Assembly (NCBI GenBank): GCA_964388035.1
Contig: CAYLZE010000001.1
Location: 31,225-95,224, forward strand
Direction of reading: 5' to 3'
DNA length: 64,000 nt
DNA from: an uncultured archaeon
Lineage (GTDB): Archaea; Asgardarchaeota; Lokiarchaeia; Sigyniarchaeales; SOKP01
Shown: in pieces, positions 31,175 to 41,885 of the stretch
Layout of the letters: each line of letters begins with the position of its first letter
Numbering within the stretch: the first letter of the stretch is position 1
Notes under the pieces: generated by a model
Seen by the model: the letters and a program-made list of their open reading frames with translations, nothing else
What the model was told of the DNA's origin: nothing
The model's database searches: none
Made by a program: the position numbers and the translations under genes

Positions 31175-31488
31175 GAATCATTTGGGAACGGAATCACTAA
31201 GAATAGAGCTAAAAATAGCACGGAAATTACATTACACTGATTTTATTTTCAATCCCATATTAATTATCTTTTTCTTAATTCTATAATATATCGGAATATT
31301 TCTTTATACGTGAAAGTGTGGTTTCACGAATTGCATGAAAATATAGTTGGCATTTAAACCAGCTAAAATTAAATTAATTAACTTCTATTTATCCAAGCCC
31401 TAACGCTTTAATCTCTAAGAAGCTTAAGACTCTGATTAAAAGATCGTCAAAATCGTGATAAATAACAAGTGTAATCTTTTACGCATTT

Positions 31489-32337
31489 CTAACCAGGAAG
31501 CTCTAACTCCTTTACATCTTTAGCGAGGGTCTTTGGACCATAATATAGGATAATGCCTATTGCTATTGCAATATCTATCAAAGCACGGTAATATTCAAGA
31601 GTTTGTGGCAAGTTTAAAAATTCTCCAATGAAATTTCCCATGAAATGATAAAATATTGCTCCCAAGATGCTATGTTTAGTATGATTAAAAATCCAAGTCA
31701 TGATTACCGATGTTGCTATTAATCCGATACAATAATTTAGCCAAAATCTCAATGAGCCGAAAACCAATTCTTCTTTCTGATATGTCCCTTCCATAAAAAA
31801 CAGGGGAAGGTGCCATGCAATCCAAAAAAATGCGACGATGAGCGTTGAAATGAAAGCATTCCACTCCTTTTGTAATCGCTCCAAGGCAAGGCCCCTCCAT
31901 CCTAATTCTTCTGGAAGAGGCCCCACAACAAATGTCATTACCACAAAAATAATTAAGTTCAAGGGATTAGCTAAAAAAGTTTTCGTGGTTTCAAAATCGG
32001 GAATAGTCCCTGTTATCGCGAGATTAAGAAATATTGCAAGGAATGAAACAAGTGGTGGCAAGAAAATGATTAGAAGGAACCATCGAAACGTTAGTCTTTT
32101 TATGTTTATTAATCGATTAAGATAATTCATTTTCTCATCTCTATTATTATTGAGATGTAATGAAATTAATGCTCCAATAGTGGGCCCTAATCCCCCTAAT
32201 GCAAATAATACAAGGTTTGGCATGGTATAAGACCCTTCATTGGAAAAAGTAATAGGAATCCAGAACAACCAGCTCCAACTTAATGTGATTAGGAAAAAAA
32301 TCCATGGCCCTTTACTAAATTCTTTTAGACTGGACAT
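31489..32337 (-). CDS. CPBP (CAAX protease/Abi) family intramembrane metalloprotease
   Basis: EELGWRG, WIAWHLP, HFMGN motifs. Confidence 0.92.
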   Translation of the reverse strand: MSSLKEFSKGPWIFFLITLSWSWLFWIPITFSNEGSYTMPNLVLFALGGLGPTIGALISLHLNNNRDEKMNYLNRLINIKRLTFRWFLLIIFLPPLVSFLAIFLNLAITGTIPDFETTKTFLANPLNLIIFVVMTFVVGPLPEELGWRGLALERLQKEWNAFISTLIVAFFWIAWHLPLFFMEGTYQKEELVFGSLRFWLNYCIGLIATSVIMTWIFNHTKHSILGAIFYHFMGNFIGEFLNLPQTLEYYRALIDIAIAIGIILYYGPKTLAKDVKELELPG

Positions 32338-32455
32338 TGTTTCTCTTTGCTCCTCCTATGATAATAATTTAACTCGGGAATAAAATTGAATAATATGAAT
32401 TTAAATTTAAAGATCTAATTAAAATATTATGATGATTAAGAAATTTGGTGATTAG

Positions 32456-32872
32456 ATGATAATTTGGGAAGAACTGCATGTAAAAACTCCAGAAAGGGAG
32501 ATATTAATCGACATTAGCGATAAAATTAAAACCGTGCTGAGAAAATCTGATATTAAAGAAGGCGCATGTAAGATATTTGTACCCCATACTACCGCAGCGA
32601 TAACGATTAATGAGAATGCGGATCCGAATGTTTTGAAAGATATTATCACTTATCTTAATAGATTAATCCCTAAAAAAAGTGGTTTAGGATATATCTTTCG
32701 GCACGGAGAAGGTAATTCGGACGCTCACATTAAAAGCAGCTTGATAGGACCTTCCTTAGAAATTTTAATCCATGAGGGAAAGTTGATGTTAGGGACCTGG
32801 CAAGGTATCATGTTCGCTGAATTTGATGGTCCTAGACCTCGAAAAGTGTTGGTCCAAATACAAGGAGAATAG
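32456..32872 (+). CDS. yjbQ: YjbQ/UPF0047 family protein
   Basis: PHTTAAITINENADP, HGEGNSDAHIK, LGTWQGI..EFDGPR. Confidence 0.93.
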   Translation: MIIWEELHVKTPEREILIDISDKIKTVLRKSDIKEGACKIFVPHTTAAITINENADPNVLKDIITYLNRLIPKKSGLGYIFRHGEGNSDAHIKSSLIGPSLEILIHEGKLMLGTWQGIMFAEFDGPRPRKVLVQIQGE

Positions 32873-32920
32873 ATAACACGAATTAAAAATTAAATAAGAA
32901 AAAGTAGAATTAAATTGAGT

Positions 32921-34342
32921 TTACAATTTCATTTCTTTCAAGATTTCCTTGTTCTTTTTTGTTCGGTCTGGAGTCAGAGTATAGAATTTCCAGAAGACTA
33001 ATAATCCGACAAATAAGATAATTGCAGGAATAAGCGAAGCTTGCAATCTAATCCCCAATAAAGCTAATGGCGTTTGTTCTGACAACTGTGCATCAAATCC
33101 CGTGAATTGGTGAACGAATGCGAAAATTACTGCTTGAGCAATAAGAGAAAAGCGCATGAAAAAAGTTTGCACTCCCATATAAATCGATTCTTGATGTTCT
33201 TTAGTATTAATTACCGCCTCATCAAGACAATCTCCGAGACAAGGGAACCTAGGTACCTTAAATGCTCCCACGCTTACCCCTAAAAGAATTAACACGATGA
33301 TCATGGAAGTCAAATCCCAAAAAATCATGAGACCTAAAATGAATATCGTTAATATGATTATTCCAATAATATGCATTTTCCTATTGTTATTCAATTTATT
33401 TATCAGTTTTAACCAGAAGGGCATCGATACTACTGCTCCAATAAGATATGCGGCCATTATTAAAGTTGCCATATCTGCAGAAGCTTGTAAATTATATCGA
33501 ACAAAATAATGGATGGATCCTGTAAGACAGGAAAACGCCACGTCTCCAATAAAAGTAATAAAAACTAATACGAGGAAGTTCTTTTGTTTGACGACTTTTT
33601 TCACTGAAGTCAAAAAACTCTCATTCGGCTTGTATACATCCCTGGCAGTATATCGCTCAATCATCTCTTTTTTTTCTCGAACCCCAGGAATCATCATTAA
33701 GAAGAAAATAATTGCTACTCCTGCCATGATCCAGGCCATCGTGGAATAACTTCCGCGATTTCCATATACAATTATTAAAGGAGGGATGAGCGCACCAAGA
33801 GTCGTTCCAAAGATTCCCAAAATCAACCCTAACCCCCCTGCCTTTCTCCTATCTGAATCTAAACGGAATTTGTCTGGAAATAAAGAATAATGATTGTTCT
33901 GCACCAAAGAATAAAAAGTATCAAATAAACAGGTGGAAAATAGCATCCATCCGAAAAGTAAGCCCGCATTTTGAACAGGATCGACGTCCGGTGGAGATAG
34001 GATGAGAACAATACATAGAATCCAAGGCACCGTACCCATCATGATTAAGGGAAACCTTTTTCCAAGACGAGTCCATAATCGATTTGGACGATCAAAAAGA
34101 TATCCTAAAAGAGGATCATTTATAGAGTTAAAGATGGCATAAATACTATAAGCCGCAGTAACTAACCATACATAAAGTCCGACCTCTGTTTCATAAAAAA
34201 AAAATACGTAAGTTCCAAATACTGCATTCATAATTTCCATGATTAAATAACCAATTCCATAGGATGTAATGGTCAGATTTGAGACTTTTCCTATTTCGCT
34301 TGTTTTTTCACTTAATTTTTCGTTCATTTTTTCATTCATCAT
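32921..34342 (-). CDS. MFS transporter, GPH family
   Basis: FNSINDPLLGYLFDR...GKRFP; about 12 TM segments. Confidence 0.9.
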   Translation of the reverse strand: MMNEKMNEKLSEKTSEIGKVSNLTITSYGIGYLIMEIMNAVFGTYVFFFYETEVGLYVWLVTAAYSIYAIFNSINDPLLGYLFDRPNRLWTRLGKRFPLIMMGTVPWILCIVLILSPPDVDPVQNAGLLFGWMLFSTCLFDTFYSLVQNNHYSLFPDKFRLDSDRRKAGGLGLILGIFGTTLGALIPPLIIVYGNRGSYSTMAWIMAGVAIIFFLMMIPGVREKKEMIERYTARDVYKPNESFLTSVKKVVKQKNFLVLVFITFIGDVAFSCLTGSIHYFVRYNLQASADMATLIMAAYLIGAVVSMPFWLKLINKLNNNRKMHIIGIIILTIFILGLMIFWDLTSMIIVLILLGVSVGAFKVPRFPCLGDCLDEAVINTKEHQESIYMGVQTFFMRFSLIAQAVIFAFVHQFTGFDAQLSEQTPLALLGIRLQASLIPAIILFVGLLVFWKFYTLTPDRTKKNKEILKEMKL

Positions 34343-34531
34343 TTTTACAAATCGGTTACTTTGTCATCTACGCAACAACATATTTAAATGTTAGTAAAAG
34401 AGTTAAAAGTTCATTTTATAGAAATTTTTTCAATAATATCAAAATATAGGAAAAAATAATTTTAAAAATAATAGAACCTATCTTTTGGGAATATATTTTT
34501 AAACCAGATCAAGAAAAAGGATTGATTTTGC

Positions 34532-35278
34532 TTATTCAATTCTTCTCACTAACCAGTCCGGCATCACCAAGGAAAGATAAGAGAGAATAACAAAACCAAC
34601 GGCAAAAAGCCACCCTACATATAAGAATGCTGAATATCCGGGATGATCAAATAGGACTACGAGTAGATTATCACCGGTTATACAAATAAAGAGGAGGATC
34701 AAACAGATCATTCCATAAATTAAAAGTTTTAATCCCGTTTTCGTAACTTTACTTTCTGACGTTTTTAAAACCATCTTACAAATAGCTATAATGTAAGCAT
34801 AAATTGCACATGAGAAAATAACAAAGCTGCTGGTAGTATATAATCGTATGCTTAATTTTCCCGTATAATCCTCGTTAGGAACACCCCACCAATTCCATGG
34901 TAAAAAAAGAGCAATCATTATAAAAATACCTATAATAATGATAAATGGGATTAACTTTTGCCCTCGATTTGTCATGTAAGTTGCGAATATATACAAAGCG
35001 AAGTCTGCCAGCACTACTAAGCTATAAGCTAACGGTAAGCTTATTCGATAAATTTCCATGAAATATCCCGTGATTGCTGCTTCTGCCAGGCCCGTTGTAA
35101 GAGAAATTAACGCTAAGGTGAGAAATATGAATACCAACATTAAATATAGTGGAGATCTTACCCGCCTTTCACGATATTTTCGAAACATTTGTATCGAAAT
35201 TAATCCACCAAATATGGATAGGATGATATAATAGATAAAAATCGGAAATAAATTCGGAGAGAATGGTGTATATCCCAT
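34532..35278 (-). CDS. Stand-alone ~7-TM membrane protein
   Basis: Seven hydrophobic segments ending in LVMPDWL; no soluble domain. Confidence 0.7.
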   Translation of the reverse strand: MGYTPFSPNLFPIFIYYIILSIFGGLISIQMFRKYRERRVRSPLYLMLVFIFLTLALISLTTGLAEAAITGYFMEIYRISLPLAYSLVVLADFALYIFATYMTNRGQKLIPFIIIIGIFIMIALFLPWNWWGVPNEDYTGKLSIRLYTTSSFVIFSCAIYAYIIAICKMVLKTSESKVTKTGLKLLIYGMICLILLFICITGDNLLVVLFDHPGYSAFLYVGWLFAVGFVILSYLSLVMPDWLVRRIE

Positions 35279-35330
35279 AACATACTAATTAAAATTCATC
35301 GTTAAAAATTCATCGTAACATAAATTTCAT

Positions 35331-35375
35331 TTTTAGATCTTTCTATTTTAGATCTTTCTATTTTAGATCTTTCTA
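35331..35375. repeat. Perfect 15-bp tandem repeat x3
   Basis: TTTTAGATCTTTCTA at 35331, 35346, 35361. Confidence 0.85.
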
Positions 35376-35381
35376 TTTTTT

Positions 35382-36113
35382 CTAATTCTCCGATTTTTTA
35401 AATTCCCTATTATTTAGCACTTTTAAATATTTTCTTAGATCTTCGGCATCGAAGGGCCCCCCATGAGCAGGATAAATCTTTTTGGCGCCATTCTTTAGCA
35501 ATTTTTCCCAACTTTGAAATACTTGATTAATATCCTTAACAAAAATAGGTCTTCTTTTAAGCCCTGCGAATTTTAGAAAATTCATAGTAATGTCACCAGC
35601 AAAAGTTGAGCCATCTGGTAAAATTATTGCTTGATGATCATCCGTATGACCAGGAGTGGAGAGAATAGTCCCGTTAATTCCTATAGTTTTTAAGAATGAT
35701 TTATCATCGCCCCGAATAATGACATCCTCTTCAGATAATTCAATGGGGGGAAAAGTAAAGCGGTGAAAGAGACTCATTAATCCCATGATAATTAGAATCC
35801 TTTTATTTAAAGGGCTAGAATCTCTTAGGGATTCTCCCGATTTTAGGGGGGATAGCGCTTTTTCCTGAGCAATAATCTTGATGTCCGAATTTTCTTTAAG
35901 TTGTGAAAGAAAACCCGCATGGTCATCATGATGATGCGTTAGAAACAGATATTTGATTTCCGAAAGAGAGATATTAAGATTTTGAATTTTATTTAAATAT
36001 TTTTTGTAATCTCCCGGATAAGAAGTGTCAATTTGCATATACCCATCATTACACGGGATAAAATAACAATTCGTGAAGCTTAATTTAACCTTTAAAGGAG
36101 AATTTTCTGTCAT
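35382..36113 (-). CDS. MBL-fold metallo-hydrolase
   Basis: THHHDDHAG, TPGHT, AGD, YPAHG. Confidence 0.9.
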   Translation of the reverse strand: MTENSPLKVKLSFTNCYFIPCNDGYMQIDTSYPGDYKKYLNKIQNLNISLSEIKYLFLTHHHDDHAGFLSQLKENSDIKIIAQEKALSPLKSGESLRDSSPLNKRILIIMGLMSLFHRFTFPPIELSEEDVIIRGDDKSFLKTIGINGTILSTPGHTDDHQAIILPDGSTFAGDITMNFLKFAGLKRRPIFVKDINQVFQSWEKLLKNGAKKIYPAHGGPFDAEDLRKYLKVLNNREFKKSEN

Positions 36114-36153
36114 ATTATAAATTAATTCAACTAGTAATTATATTTTTTATTAA

Positions 36154-36612
36154 TTAGTATTGAAAATAATCTGAATTTAAATGATTTTTTCCACATTCTT
36201 TATTGATTTCTTTCATCGTAGCAGCAAAATCCGCCCACCAAGTTTGTCCTTGTTGGGAAACGAAAATGGTATCTACTTTGCTCGAATCCAGGCACCTCAT
36301 TTCTTCGTTATTTTTTATTTTATCTTGCCAGAGTTGCGAGAAAATTTTTTGCATGATTATTTTTACTTTTTTTAATAGCTGTTCATGGGTTACTCCCACG
36401 GATTCCTTTTTCTGTAGCTTTTTAAGTTGCTCGTATTTTGCTTTTTCTTGTAGTTGAGTTAAATCATTACAGTTGATTACCACCGTAAAAGGATTATCTT
36501 TTCCATTAGTACAATATTTTTGAATTTTGCATGGCACGCAATATTTTTGGAACGTCATGGAATAATCTTGCAAGCCGAACCTGGAAAAATCTAAAATTAC
36601 TTTATTTATCAT
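36154..36612 (-). CDS. Hypothetical Cys-containing protein
   Basis: 152-aa ORF with YCVPCKIQKYC...INC and two further Cys residues. Confidence 0.6.
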   Translation of the reverse strand: MINKVILDFSRFGLQDYSMTFQKYCVPCKIQKYCTNGKDNPFTVVINCNDLTQLQEKAKYEQLKKLQKKESVGVTHEQLLKKVKIIMQKIFSQLWQDKIKNNEEMRCLDSSKVDTIFVSQQGQTWWADFAATMKEINKECGKNHLNSDYFQY

Positions 36613-36768
36613 GATTTTACATCAATATTCTTTATTTTTAAGGACAATTAACTCCGGGATTGTGAATATTAAATAAGGATCAACAAAGAGTTATCGATGA
36701 TTGGTTAAATTTTTTAATTCAATACACTATTAATTTTACAAGAATAGAATATATTTTGTATAGAAGAT

Positions 36769-37179
36769 ATGGGGTTAATCGAAGATTTATGGATAATGAC
36801 CGATGCCGGAATTGTATTATTTCATCGACAATACGATGAAAAATTAGATGATCAGCTCTTTGGAGCATTACTTACCGCATTAAATTCATTTGCAGAAGAA
36901 TTGACAAAAGGTGGGCTTTCCAACTTAAAAGTAGGGGATGTTATTTTCTATATTAAAAAAGAAGATGAATACATGTTTGTAGTTAATGCTCCGCGGGATG
37001 CTAAGCCTAAAAGAGTTCATGAGGAAATTGATAATATCATAAAGAGCTTTTTTAATACATATCCAAGAGATCTTCTTGATAGATGGGACGGTGAAGTGGA
37101 CATGTTTAATGATTTTGAAAATAAAATAACCGATAATTTGAAACTTACTGCCGAGAGGTTCCAAAAAGCTTTTTGGTAA
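36769..37179 (+). CDS. Stand-alone Asgard longin-like domain protein
   Basis: LWIMTDAGIVLF...QLFGALLTALNSFAEEL...WDGEVDMFNDF. Confidence 0.7.
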   Translation: MGLIEDLWIMTDAGIVLFHRQYDEKLDDQLFGALLTALNSFAEELTKGGLSNLKVGDVIFYIKKEDEYMFVVNAPRDAKPKRVHEEIDNIIKSFFNTYPRDLLDRWDGEVDMFNDFENKITDNLKLTAERFQKAFW

Positions 37180-37389
37180 ATGCTTTTTGGTAATTATGCA
37201 AATCTACCTTTTTTCATGAAAATTTCAACTATTTTCTCGATGGTTCAATGTATCTGTTTTTCAACTTGCTGAGAGAAATGCTTCATTCAGTAAGATACAA
37301 GGAAAAGGAGAAGAGTAAAGAAAAAAATATCAAAAACCGAAGATTAAATAAGAATTAGGTCGGTTTTTTTGAGATAGCAGATGAAGCCC

Positions 37390-38493
37390 TCATGAAAAAT
37401 GATCAATGCAATATTTTACTGCATTTAAAATCTTGAACCCATTCCCAAAAGTATGCGGATCGAGATTTGATAGGGCATCCGTGTAAATTTTAACGTCGTG
37501 CTTGATATTTAAAGTTTGAAGCGTATCATGGATTTTTCGGGTCTCTTCAGCCAACCCATATTGGTCTTTTTTATGGCAATACATTAGGAGATGAATGGAT
37601 TTTAACGCATCGGGATGTTCTTTAATCACGTTTTTGATATCATATTTTTTCCAGTTCTCAGCAGCCTTTTCGTCCATTTTGATGATTCTTCCATTTTTAT
37701 CTTTTTGGATGGAGGGTAATAAGGGATCTTCTTTAGAAAAAATCAGATCACACGCTTCGTGAATATCATGTAAGGATTGAAAGCCCATTTCTTTAGCTTT
37801 ATCCTCTCCAAATAAGAGTGCATTGAAAGGAGAAACCATTTCCCATTCTAGCGAATCCAAATTTAAATTTGCAGGTGCTAATGCTACAGCAGAACTGAAG
37901 TATTCAGGATGATGTAGTGTAATGTAAAGGGTACCATATCCTCCCATTGATGTTCCCATGATTGCTCGCCCATTCTTTTCAGGAATGGTGCGATAATTTG
38001 TATCCATGTATTCGATCACATCTTTTACGATATAATCAAGATATTTTCCGGTATATGGAGAATTAATATAAAAGCTCCCTTTCGTCTTGACCGCGCCCGT
38101 GAGCTCCTTTAATCCTAAATAATGGGGAAGATAAAGACTTGCATCTGGTTGTACTAAAATGAACGGTTTCCAGTTCTGTTTAGATATCAGCTCGTCAAAT
38201 CTCTCATAAGAAGCCAATTTGTCAGTATCTACCATCTTTAAGAGTTCTTTGGGGATCTGATCAAATGATAAATTAGGGTTGGCATTCCATTTAATGTAAA
38301 TATTTTGGTTATTCGTATTTCCCGTATATCCATGGATGCAATAGATTACAGGATACCGCTTTTTTGAATCCTCATGATATTTTAGGGGAAGATAAATGTG
38401 CAAGTCTCGGTCTACTGGGCTATTAATTGGATTCCCTTCTAACGATGCACCGTGGAAACTTATTATGAGATATCTATTCTCAGTTTTTAACAT
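37390..38493 (-). CDS. Putative esterase (alpha/beta hydrolase, Fes/antigen-85-like family)
   Basis: IYLP..Y...RYPVIYCIHG, nucleophile elbow GTSMGG. Confidence 0.85.
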   Translation of the reverse strand: MLKTENRYLIISFHGASLEGNPINSPVDRDLHIYLPLKYHEDSKKRYPVIYCIHGYTGNTNNQNIYIKWNANPNLSFDQIPKELLKMVDTDKLASYERFDELISKQNWKPFILVQPDASLYLPHYLGLKELTGAVKTKGSFYINSPYTGKYLDYIVKDVIEYMDTNYRTIPEKNGRAIMGTSMGGYGTLYITLHHPEYFSSAVALAPANLNLDSLEWEMVSPFNALLFGEDKAKEMGFQSLHDIHEACDLIFSKEDPLLPSIQKDKNGRIIKMDEKAAENWKKYDIKNVIKEHPDALKSIHLLMYCHKKDQYGLAEETRKIHDTLQTLNIKHDVKIYTDALSNLDPHTFGNGFKILNAVKYCIDHFS

Positions 38494-38690
38494 TAGTGAT
38501 AACCAACTTTATTAATTTTAATTATAAGATATATTCTTTGAACTGATATTAACTTATTTGAACCGTAACTTCGCCATTGATTAAGTATTAAAAATAAGGG
38601 GTTAGTCCTTTTTAATAAAGAGATGTACTCTACTAAAATAAAATTGAATGAATGAAATGCAAGGAGTTAAATAATTTGGGAAAGATTGAA

Positions 38691-39884
38691 TTAATTTTCT
38701 TCCAAACTTACTAAAGTGCTTAATACTGCTTTACATAATTTTGAAACTTGTTCAAAATCTATCTTATCTATGGTATCTGCGGGAGTATGATGATACGGAT
38801 TTCTTTCCCCATCAGTATCAGTAAAAAATATTGCTGGAATTCCCGCTTTAAGAAAATTGGTATGATCCGATCCGAGTAATCCCCGTGAAAATTGAAATAA
38901 TTCATTAACAGAAAATATATTTGAAAAATAAGCATGAGAAAGATTAATTAAATCTGATTTACAGAACCCTCGTAATTTATCTCCAACATTTTTAACTTCG
39001 GCAGAAGCAAGAATAAATATAAAATCTCCCAGTTCATTCTCGATATCCACGTTATATAACTCGAAGATATCTTTACTTAAAGAGGATGGAATTTGTTGGG
39101 AATGAGATTTTTTAATGACCGTGCCTAATTCATCGAAACATAAAGCCATTTTGATTTTCTTACCAAGAGATAGCGCTTCTTCTACCCATTTATGGCTCCC
39201 TATTAAGTTAGTTTCTCCAAAAAGATCCAGGGCACTTTTATTAGGATAAAGATATTGATACTCGCTCATGAATTTTATCGCGGGTTCGGGGAGTTCCCCT
39301 CTTAGTTTCTTGAGAGTTTTGGACATAATTTTAACGAAACTTTTTCCTGATGCTTGATACTTATTGAAAATCGTACTAAATTTTTCATAAAATTGTTTGT
39401 ATGCATAGGAAGTAAAGTTAAGCTCATCATCTATAATTCCATGCTTTTGGGCAAGTTCCCTATACTTTAATTCTATTAGGGGATGCCATTCTTCTAAAGT
39501 CGAAAATAAGAATCGAAAATTTCCCTTGATATTTTCACTCGCAAGAACACGCGCAATTTCCAACATTAAAGCATTACTTGAAGCATTATCATTGGCTCCA
39601 GGGGAATTCCATACGGTATCATAATGACTCACCAAAATAATGGAAGGCTCCGTTTCTTTGCAATTACTTCCTTCAATATTCCTGAATGTGGGGGGAAAAT
39701 CTCCGATCTTGAAATCTTGTTCCCTAACGATAAGCCCAAATTCTTTCAATTTTTGATTAAAATAATCTGCGGCAAGGTTTAAATTCTCTAAAGCATCAAT
39801 GGGATGTCTTACACCTTCTAAATTTCTTACATGACGATATAAATTATCGATCTTTACCTCATTAATGATTTCATCTTCTTTCAT
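38691..39884 (-). CDS. M28 family metallopeptidase
   Basis: SHYDT, PGANDNAS, EE, SDH, YHHTPADT. Confidence 0.88.
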   Translation of the reverse strand: MKEDEIINEVKIDNLYRHVRNLEGVRHPIDALENLNLAADYFNQKLKEFGLIVREQDFKIGDFPPTFRNIEGSNCKETEPSIILVSHYDTVWNSPGANDNASSNALMLEIARVLASENIKGNFRFLFSTLEEWHPLIELKYRELAQKHGIIDDELNFTSYAYKQFYEKFSTIFNKYQASGKSFVKIMSKTLKKLRGELPEPAIKFMSEYQYLYPNKSALDLFGETNLIGSHKWVEEALSLGKKIKMALCFDELGTVIKKSHSQQIPSSLSKDIFELYNVDIENELGDFIFILASAEVKNVGDKLRGFCKSDLINLSHAYFSNIFSVNELFQFSRGLLGSDHTNFLKAGIPAIFFTDTDGERNPYHHTPADTIDKIDFEQVSKLCKAVLSTLVSLEEN

Positions 39885-40086
39885 TTTTTAATCCTTTAGT
39901 TAAAACTTCTGGTTCTTGATAATGATGGCATTTGTGGTGGAGAAAGGAGGCAAAACATTTAATTTTTTTGTATTGCCTTTAATTATTAGAATCTGAAATG
40001 GGCAATCATTTTTTGTTATTCACTCTGAAGTTAACCATCGTAATGCATTCTTTCATATCAAAAATTATATATTAGGTTAAAAATAA

Positions 40087-41040
40087 ATGAATAATAATAA
40101 CATTTACTTTAGTGATAATCTAATGGTTGAATTTAGTATTTTAACTTCTTTCATAGGGTTTATATTATGCGCACTTGCTGTAATTCACGTGTTTTTCGAT
40201 ATTAAAGAAAATCGCTTGCAAAGAATCCTAATGTTAATCACTCTATTTTGTTATGCCGTTATTTTTGAATACATCGGTATCGAGACGGGGAACCATGTTT
40301 ATGCACGAGATGTTGTCATGATCTTCGGGCAAGTTGCCCTATCAATTCCCTTAGCTTGGGTCGGAATTATCTATAGTACATTTATCATCGCGGAACGCTT
40401 AGAATTGAGTACTTGGAAACGAATCTTGACCACTTCCTTAATATCACTTAGCTTGGATTGGGGGATGGATCCCATTGCAGTTAAAATGGGGTTATGGACC
40501 TGGTTGCGCGCAAATGGGGCCTATTTTGGAGTCCCAAGTTTCAATTTCATCGGGTGGTTTTTTATCCCCATCATGTATCTGATTTCTTATTCATTCAATT
40601 GGAATGCAGAAAAAAGGCGCCTGAAACTATTATCTATCAATGAAATAGATACTCATGACACACTTTATCGCAAATTATATACCCTATTCTTAGTCATCCC
40701 AATTGCGATAGGATTTTTATTACTGACTAGCATTCTCTATTTAATCCCAACAATATACAATTTACCAATATTTATTGTAATTCCCCTCGAGATTTTATCT
40801 ATTGGTGGTGTTTCTCTTGCAATAATTTTAAAAAGAGATAAATTAAAAAGGTTGTATTGGAAAGACATGATTCCACCTTGTACATTATTATTCATTGCGC
40901 TTGATTATGGATTCATAGGATTATTTCAAGTGGATGTCTTATTGGGATTTTTAATGTTTGTAACCTCGATCCCCCTATTTCTAATTTTTATCTTTACATT
41001 TAGGAAAAAGAATGATACAAATCCTGAATCCGAAAATTAA
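40087..41040 (+). CDS. CruF/DUF422-like membrane protein (carotenoid biosynthesis family)
   Basis: FEYIGIETG, LDWGMDPIAV..GLWTW...YFGVPSFNFIGW; extra C-terminal TM segments. Confidence 0.72.
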   Translation: MNNNNIYFSDNLMVEFSILTSFIGFILCALAVIHVFFDIKENRLQRILMLITLFCYAVIFEYIGIETGNHVYARDVVMIFGQVALSIPLAWVGIIYSTFIIAERLELSTWKRILTTSLISLSLDWGMDPIAVKMGLWTWLRANGAYFGVPSFNFIGWFFIPIMYLISYSFNWNAEKRRLKLLSINEIDTHDTLYRKLYTLFLVIPIAIGFLLLTSILYLIPTIYNLPIFIVIPLEILSIGGVSLAIILKRDKLKRLYWKDMIPPCTLLFIALDYGFIGLFQVDVLLGFLMFVTSIPLFLIFIFTFRKKNDTNPESEN

Positions 41041-41258
41041 TATCAAATCTACTGAAGAAATTGTGGATTTTTACTATTACATTTTTCAAAGAAAAAGAGA
41101 ATACATGGACGGGACTAAATAAAAAGATCAAAATGATGGTTATTTTATTTATTATTTAGTCGCTTTACCAATTCTATTATTTGCTTTATTTTAAAAGGAT
41201 GTGAGAAACTTTCAGTCCAATTTAAAAAGAAAAAATGGGATTAAGAGCGGAACCATTC

Positions 41259-41801
41259 TCAATCCTCAAGAATATTGCTCTTCTTCAAAATAAGATTTAC
41301 TAAAGTTAAGAAGATTTCTTCAACATTTTCTAAAGTTTTTGATGAACATTCAAAGTAATGATCAAAATTGAATTTTTTAGCTAAATTCTCACCTTTTTTA
41401 GATTTTACTTCTCTACTTCCAACTAAATCCGATTTTCCCCCTACCAATAAAAGAGGATTGCCAGACCCCCCTTCCATGCTACTTCTTCGAAAAATATTTA
41501 TCCATTCCTCTACATTCTCTAACGTATACTCTCGCGTGAGGTCAAACATGAAGATTCCCCCATATGCCCCCCGAGCATAAACAGGAAGCAAGAACCTGAA
41601 CCTTTCCTCGCCTCCAAAATCCCAAATCTGTAATGTCACTTTTGCTTTTTTTATAATGAGGAATTTCACATGAATGGCGGCCCCCAACGTTTTTTGTATT
41701 TTAGGATCAAAAGCTCCCGTTAGAAAGCATTGAGCTAAAGTGGATTTTCCAACTCCACTCTCTCCAAAAATGCAAACCTTAAAAGCTAAATCTTTTTCCA
41801 T
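41259..41801 (-). CDS. Rab-like Ras-superfamily small GTPase
   Basis: G1 GESGVGKS, G2 T, G3 WDFGG, ERFRFL, YARGA, G4 GGKSD, G5 ECSSK; no C-terminal Cys prenylation motif. AGAGGTGA SD favours ATG 41801. Confidence 0.92.
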   Translation of the reverse strand: MEKDLAFKVCIFGESGVGKSTLAQCFLTGAFDPKIQKTLGAAIHVKFLIIKKAKVTLQIWDFGGEERFRFLLPVYARGAYGGIFMFDLTREYTLENVEEWINIFRRSSMEGGSGNPLLLVGGKSDLVGSREVKSKKGENLAKKFNFDHYFECSSKTLENVEEIFLTLVNLILKKSNILED

Positions 41802-41885
41802 TTTAAATATCACCTCTTATAGAACTTTAAACGAGCTGAGCCATAGAAAACCCTGGTATAAGCATTTAAACGTCAAATTAACACT

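Noticed and set aside
35331-35375. CRISPR-like array
   Set aside because: 15-bp units with no spacers and no cas genes.
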